Assembly (NCBI GenBank): GCA_965203175.1
Contig: OZ241867.1
Location: forward strand, 3,392,001-3,456,000
Direction of reading: 5' to 3'
Source: Candidatus Latescibacterota bacterium
Lineage (GTDB): Bacteria > Latescibacterota > UBA2968 > UBA8231
Length of the DNA: 64,000 bases
How positions within the stretch are numbered: position 1 is the first letter of the stretch; every line of letters starts with the position of its first letter. A program made the position numbers and the translations under genes. Shown here one piece after another: positions 59,085 to 64,000 of this stretch. The notes beneath the pieces were generated by a model. The model saw nothing but the letters and a program-made list of their open reading frames with translations. It made no database searches and had not been told where the DNA came from.

Positions 59085-59897
59085 ATGGACGCAACGGAAA
59101 AGTATCTCTTCGAAGTACACGGCTATCTGGTGATCGAGGGCGCGCTCTCGTCGGCGGAAGTGGCGGCGGCCAATGCGGCGATTGACCACCACGCCGATCA
59201 AATCGGCATCCGCCCCAATGACTTGGCCCACGAGTCAGAGACACTCAAGGGTACTCAGGGTCGCGGCGATTTGGGCGGGATGCTGACGTGGGACAAACCG
59301 CATTGCGATCCGTTCCGGGCGATGATCGCCCATGCGCGGTTCAAGCCTTATCTGGAAGAATTGCTGGGACCGGGTTTTCGCCTAGAGGGCTTGGGGATCA
59401 TCACCATGGACGAGGGAGCCGAAGGCTTCTGGTTTCACGAGGGTGGCGAGCCGCTCGACCGCTCGCGGGGGTTTCTCTACCGCAATGGCCGGATGTTTTG
59501 CGGGATGACCAATATCGCCGTACAGTTGGCGGATGTGGGGCCGGAGGATGGGGGTTTCGCCTGTCTGCCCGGCAGCCATAAGGCCAACTATCCCTGCCCG
59601 GATGAGATCCGGTTGTACGAGGCGCACCAAGATCGCATCGCGCAGATCCCGGCCAAAGCGGGCGACGCGATCCTTTTCGTCGAGACGCTGATGCACGGGG
59701 CTGTGCCGTGGACGGCCAAGCACCAGCGGCGCTCGGTGATTTTGCGCTACAACCACGGCGTTCAGGCCGAATCGCTGATGGGAACCTATACACCGCCGGA
59801 TTTCTACGCCGAGTTGACACAGGAGCAGCAGGCGGTGATTACGCCACCGCAGTACCGGAGAGAAGACAAGGGATCGCGGCTTTACAAGCCGGGATAA
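59085..59897 (+). CDS. Phytanoyl-CoA dioxygenase family protein
   Basis: FEVHGYL, FHEG, GGFACLPGSHK, KAGD...HG. Confidence 0.88.
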   Translation: MDATEKYLFEVHGYLVIEGALSSAEVAAANAAIDHHADQIGIRPNDLAHESETLKGTQGRGDLGGMLTWDKPHCDPFRAMIAHARFKPYLEELLGPGFRLEGLGIITMDEGAEGFWFHEGGEPLDRSRGFLYRNGRMFCGMTNIAVQLADVGPEDGGFACLPGSHKANYPCPDEIRLYEAHQDRIAQIPAKAGDAILFVETLMHGAVPWTAKHQRRSVILRYNHGVQAESLMGTYTPPDFYAELTQEQQAVITPPQYRREDKGSRLYKPG

Positions 59898-59937
59898 GAG
59901 GTCGAGTTGAAAAGCCATAAACCTAGGAGATGAGACG

Positions 59938-61215
59938 ATGCAATGCTGGATTTTCGTTTTCAATCCGCTCGAACGCTACATGGCCAACTACAAGCACATC
60001 TTCGACGCCTGGGAAGAGGGCGGGGTGCGCGGCATTGTGGTGGGGCGCATGTTTTTTACGGAGGACGACGGCGGCCGAATCCCCGCCTTTCCCCAAGATC
60101 CCCAAGCCTACGCCGACCTAGGGCTAGAAGCACCCGAGGAGCAGCCCCGAGACTTGGAAAAGGAGCGGGAACTAAGCGCTATGCTGGATGACGCTGCTGG
60201 GCGCGGCTGGCATATCATGGTATTCGACAGCGGCACCACGGCCCACGTGCAGAGCTTGATAAACCGCTACCCCCAGGTCAACGGAGTGATCATCGACGGG
60301 CCTGGAGAAAACCACTACGAACTGGCTTGGCACCACGGCGGCGAACTCTTTGAATTGCGCGACGGCGAGCGCGTTGAGTTTGCCAACTTGGGATTTGAGA
60401 TCGACCGGCTGGAGCGCGGCATTGCCCACATGCGCCAGCGTTTCCACAACCTCACCCCCGACCTCGTGCGCTATTGGGCACCGGGCGGGACCCTAGCCGG
60501 TCTGAATCTCTTTGATATCAACGAGGACGCCCTGTACTGGCTGCGGGCGCGGGGGGAAAAGTCGCGGCGTTCGTGGGAGCGGGCCCGCGCCGACTTGGAC
60601 GGAGTGAACCGCTATGTCGAGCTAGGTGGCATTCCGCGCATTACCACGTTCTCTTCCCTGACCGGCCAAGATTACCAGCAGATGCCGCCGTACTTCGACT
60701 ACATCTTTCCCAAGCACTACTACTGGCATCGCGGTTTCGACGGCATGTACGGCACCATTGCCCGCTGGGTGCAAAAGTTCGCCGAGTGGAATCCCTCTCT
60801 GACTGAAGCTGATTGCTTCCTGCTGGTCGAATCGCTGTTCGGCCTGCGCCTGCCCAATGTTGAGTCGCTGCTGGATATGGAGATGGGTTTTCCCGAAGAG
60901 TTTTTCACCGAAGTTGTGTACAGCGAAACGCGGCGCGCCCTAGAGGCGATCAAGGACGTCGACAAAACCATCTTCTGGGTGTCCACTGGCCGCTCCCCAC
61001 ACGCTGGCGACGCCATGCCGGCCCGCGACTTGGCTGGCATTCTCAAAGCCTCACAGGCCGCCGGTGCCCAGCGCTTTCTCTTCCATCCAGACCCGGATCC
61101 CAGTCCGTCCGAGTGGAGCGTGATCAGCGGCCTGTGCGGCGCGCAATGGCGTCAATCGCGGGACGGGTACTGGCCGCCCAATGCGGCCAAACCGGACGAA
61201 TACCTGCGCAGTTAA
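59938..61215 (+). CDS. Hypothetical protein, possibly TIM-barrel
   Basis: AGGAG RBS, 425 aa, in the plus-strand operon. Confidence 0.75.
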   Translation: MQCWIFVFNPLERYMANYKHIFDAWEEGGVRGIVVGRMFFTEDDGGRIPAFPQDPQAYADLGLEAPEEQPRDLEKERELSAMLDDAAGRGWHIMVFDSGTTAHVQSLINRYPQVNGVIIDGPGENHYELAWHHGGELFELRDGERVEFANLGFEIDRLERGIAHMRQRFHNLTPDLVRYWAPGGTLAGLNLFDINEDALYWLRARGEKSRRSWERARADLDGVNRYVELGGIPRITTFSSLTGQDYQQMPPYFDYIFPKHYYWHRGFDGMYGTIARWVQKFAEWNPSLTEADCFLLVESLFGLRLPNVESLLDMEMGFPEEFFTEVVYSETRRALEAIKDVDKTIFWVSTGRSPHAGDAMPARDLAGILKASQAAGAQRFLFHPDPDPSPSEWSVISGLCGAQWRQSRDGYWPPNAAKPDEYLRS

Positions 61216-61289
61216 TAGGACCTGGAGCTAGCGCTTATGCGCTGGGAAGATGTTTTGTTAGGGATTATAGAATACAAGGTATAACTCTC

Positions 61290-63557
61290 TTGCGACGCGT
61301 CTTTCCCTTGTATGCCCTATCGGGCTTCATCAGCCTCGGCTACCAAGTCGCGTGGTTCCGCATTTTCATCGATTGGTTTGGCTCGACCAACCTCACCTTC
61401 GCCCTAGTGGTGTGCAGCTTTATCGGGGGCTTGGGATGCGGCGCGCTTTTGAGCCGGCGAATCACCCGGCTGCTGACCGACCGGACTGGCATCGGGGACA
61501 AACTGCGTTTGTACGGGCTGATAGAACTTCTGGTCGGAGCATCGGCCCTTGTGACCGTAGCAGCCGAATATTTGCCGCCAGACCTCTGGGGTTCCTTCCC
61601 GTATTATCTAGACGACGGAATCTGGGTTCAGGCGATCCACTATCAGATTGCCCAAGGGGCCATCGCCACGATTAGCCTCTTTATTCCTTGTCTGTTCATG
61701 GGGGTGACCTTCCCCTTACTGTGCGACATCTTCCGCTCAATATCGAGGAACGGGCGTCTCCCCTCCGTCCTGTACGCGTGGAACACTATTGGTGCGTGTA
61801 TCGGCGTACTAGCTTGCCAGTTCATCCTGATACCGGAGATCGGGCACGAACCAACCTTTTGGTTGATGGCCTGCTTGAACATACTGCTAGGATTATACTT
61901 CGTCGCCAGCGGTGGTGCACCCGCCGGCGACGAAGCGGCGGACACTGCCAGCGCAACATTTCCAAACGCTGGAGTGCCACCTAGGTCGGGAAGTGCCCTC
62001 ATTGCTTGTGCCGCCCTGAGCGGCTTACTTGCTGGAGCACTCGAAGGCGATATGTTCAAGAGGATCGACTTCATTGTCGTGCTGAGCCCCGGGGCAACCA
62101 TGTCGTTTATCTCCTTCTGGGCCGTGTTGGGCATTTTTCTAGCCAGCATTATCGTGCGGCACATCGAGCGCATCGGGTTTGCTCATATCAAGGGCGCGTA
62201 CGGGCTGGCCGCACTCTACTACTTCGCGCTCTGGCGATTTAGCGACGAGCTGACCTACTTGGTGGGCAACCCGCCGGATGTGCGCGGCGTACATCACTTC
62301 CCTGTGAGTCCCTCACAACTCTTCGTTTATACTGGCATCTATGTACTGCCTTCGTACTTGTTGATCTCCCTACTCCTGCCCTACGTCTGCAATCGACTAC
62401 AGGGCATAGGGAAACACCTCGGGCTGGCCTATGGTCTGAATACGGTGGGATTCTGTCTCGGCTTGATTGCCTTCACGCTGGTGGCACCCCACCTGAACAT
62501 TTTCTACTCGTTGAAGCTCTTTCTGGCCTTCATGGTGCTCGCCGCGCTCGCCCTAGCATGCATTTCGGAATTCCGTCCCATAAAAGCGTGGCAGATCGCT
62601 GTCTTGGTAGTTCTTGTCGCCAGCGCCTGTATAGCTACGCCAAGAAGATTCGATCGAGATTTTTTTACGCCTCTGATGTGGCCCAACGCTGTTGCGGCCC
62701 AAGGCCTGAGGAGCAATGCCGCCCATACTACATATTTCCTCGAACTTCCGAACAACAATATGAAGCTCTTCTTCGGCCGTCTGTCTATGTCGGGCACTTC
62801 GCCGCGGTCCCAGCAGTATATGCGTCTGATGGCGCACTTTCCCTTGCTCGTCCATCCACATCCAGAGAAAGTCCTGTTGATCTGTTTTGGAGTCGGCAAT
62901 ACCGCCTCGGCCATCGCCGCCCACGAGAGTATCACGCGAATTGATGCCGTTGATCTCAACGAGAATGTATTCAAGACGGCACCAGCCTTTGCCGCGCACC
63001 ACGCCTTCGTACATTTGGATCCACGGCTGCGGATGATCAACGACGACGGGCGCAACTTCCTCGCGCTGACCGACGAGACGTACGACCTGATTACCAGCGA
63101 ACCACCGCCGCCCATGACCGGGGGAGTGTATCGCCTGTATTCGCGGGAGTACTACGAACAGGTTCTTGCGCACCTGAGTCCCGATGGATTTATGAGCCAA
63201 TGGCTTCCCATAGGGCAGTTGCCCAACGACGCGATTGAATTGGTGACCAGAACCTTCGTCGCGGTGTTTCCCTACAGTCTGTTGTTCGAGGGAGCAGGCC
63301 AACACTTGATCTTGCTGGGCAGCCGCTCTCCCATCCGTTTTGAGCAACTGTCCGAACGCTTCTATAAATCCGACAGGGTTAAAGCCGATCTCTTGCGGAT
63401 CGGTGTCTCAACTCCTGCTGCACTAGTTGACCGCGTGATCCGCAACGACGCCGAACTGCGCAGCCGCCTCGGACCGGGGCGGCTGCTCAGCGATCAGCAC
63501 AATGACTTGGAGCATTTGTTTTACGATCCGGGAGAAGTCCAAAGGATTCCTTACTGA
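61290..63557 (+). CDS. Fused membrane domain / spermidine-synthase-like protein
   Basis: Multi-TM N-terminus (LYAWNTIGA); VLLICFGVG, DDGRNFL, YDLITSEPPPP, LYSREYY. Confidence 0.88.
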   Translation: MRRVFPLYALSGFISLGYQVAWFRIFIDWFGSTNLTFALVVCSFIGGLGCGALLSRRITRLLTDRTGIGDKLRLYGLIELLVGASALVTVAAEYLPPDLWGSFPYYLDDGIWVQAIHYQIAQGAIATISLFIPCLFMGVTFPLLCDIFRSISRNGRLPSVLYAWNTIGACIGVLACQFILIPEIGHEPTFWLMACLNILLGLYFVASGGAPAGDEAADTASATFPNAGVPPRSGSALIACAALSGLLAGALEGDMFKRIDFIVVLSPGATMSFISFWAVLGIFLASIIVRHIERIGFAHIKGAYGLAALYYFALWRFSDELTYLVGNPPDVRGVHHFPVSPSQLFVYTGIYVLPSYLLISLLLPYVCNRLQGIGKHLGLAYGLNTVGFCLGLIAFTLVAPHLNIFYSLKLFLAFMVLAALALACISEFRPIKAWQIAVLVVLVASACIATPRRFDRDFFTPLMWPNAVAAQGLRSNAAHTTYFLELPNNNMKLFFGRLSMSGTSPRSQQYMRLMAHFPLLVHPHPEKVLLICFGVGNTASAIAAHESITRIDAVDLNENVFKTAPAFAAHHAFVHLDPRLRMINDDGRNFLALTDETYDLITSEPPPPMTGGVYRLYSREYYEQVLAHLSPDGFMSQWLPIGQLPNDAIELVTRTFVAVFPYSLLFEGAGQHLILLGSRSPIRFEQLSERFYKSDRVKADLLRIGVSTPAALVDRVIRNDAELRSRLGPGRLLSDQHNDLEHLFYDPGEVQRIPY

Positions 63558-63596
63558 GTAATAGATTTTTACATCTATCCCGGAAGGGAGGTTTTC

Positions 63597-64000
63597 TTAG
63601 ACTTGGGTGAGAAAACTTCCTATGTGTCCGGTTATATAATCCAGCACCAGCCATCCGCCCGCCGCCACGATCTCACCCAAAATCAGGCCGAGAAAAAACG
63701 GCCGCAAATTCCGGTACAGCTTGGGACCGCCGTAGCGCAGGATTAACAGTTTGAGGAACCAAGCGAGAAAGGCGCTGCCAAAGATATGTCCCGTCTTCCA
63801 GTTGGCGCTGATGGTATAACCGAGAGGATTGAGCGGCCACCAGACGAACTGGTGCCGCGCCCACATCAGTAGGGCCATCACCCCTCCACCAATGCCCATG
63901 AACAGCCAAGCGTCTAGTCTTGGACCGGGCAACTCTGCGGCGATGCGAGGAGCCATATCCCGAGGACCAAAGGTGGGGGCCTGCCCCACGAAAAAGAGCG
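63597..64000 (-). CDS. C-terminus of a DUF6784/DUF6785-like membrane protein (partial)
   Basis: WWPLNPLGY...K..ILRYGG..LY...RPFFLGLILGE. Confidence 0.75.
   Translation of the reverse strand, partial: LFFVGQAPTFGPRDMAPRIAAELPGPRLDAWLFMGIGGGVMALLMWARHQFVWWPLNPLGYTISANWKTGHIFGSAFLAWFLKLLILRYGGPKLYRNLRPFFLGLILGEIVAAGGWLVLDYITGHIGSFLTQV

Overview
Positions 1 to ~48,680 are a mosaic, partly decayed genomic island ending at the 3' end of a tRNA-Lys(CTT) gene (48686-48761, minus). Positions >48,790 are ordinary metabolic genes. The island holds five things. (i) An integrase-less replicon: HTH/excisionase, P4-alpha-type primase, RepA-type helicase and an unknown ~506-aa protein, followed by three 22-bp iterons and hairpins, an IncQ-like layout built from non-IncQ parts. 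A promoter-driven structured RNA candidate and a dockerin/plant-type LRR lipoprotein sit beside it. (ii) Defence-type genes: HNH nucleases, a Ser/Thr kinase with a Zn ribbon, a fused ABC-ATPase/TOPRIM (PARIS/OLD-like) and a superinfection-immunity protein. (iii) A run of orphan solute-binding proteins and tiny membrane peptides among IS1/IS5-type ends and MITEs. (iv) A single-chain sensor kinase-response regulator. (v) An intact-looking SspABCD-SspFGH DNA phosphorothioation/restriction locus with a symmetric bidirectional promoter. Gene content suggests a Latescibacterota/Poribacteria-like, possibly sponge-associated host (inference). All calls are from manual motif reading; no searches were run.
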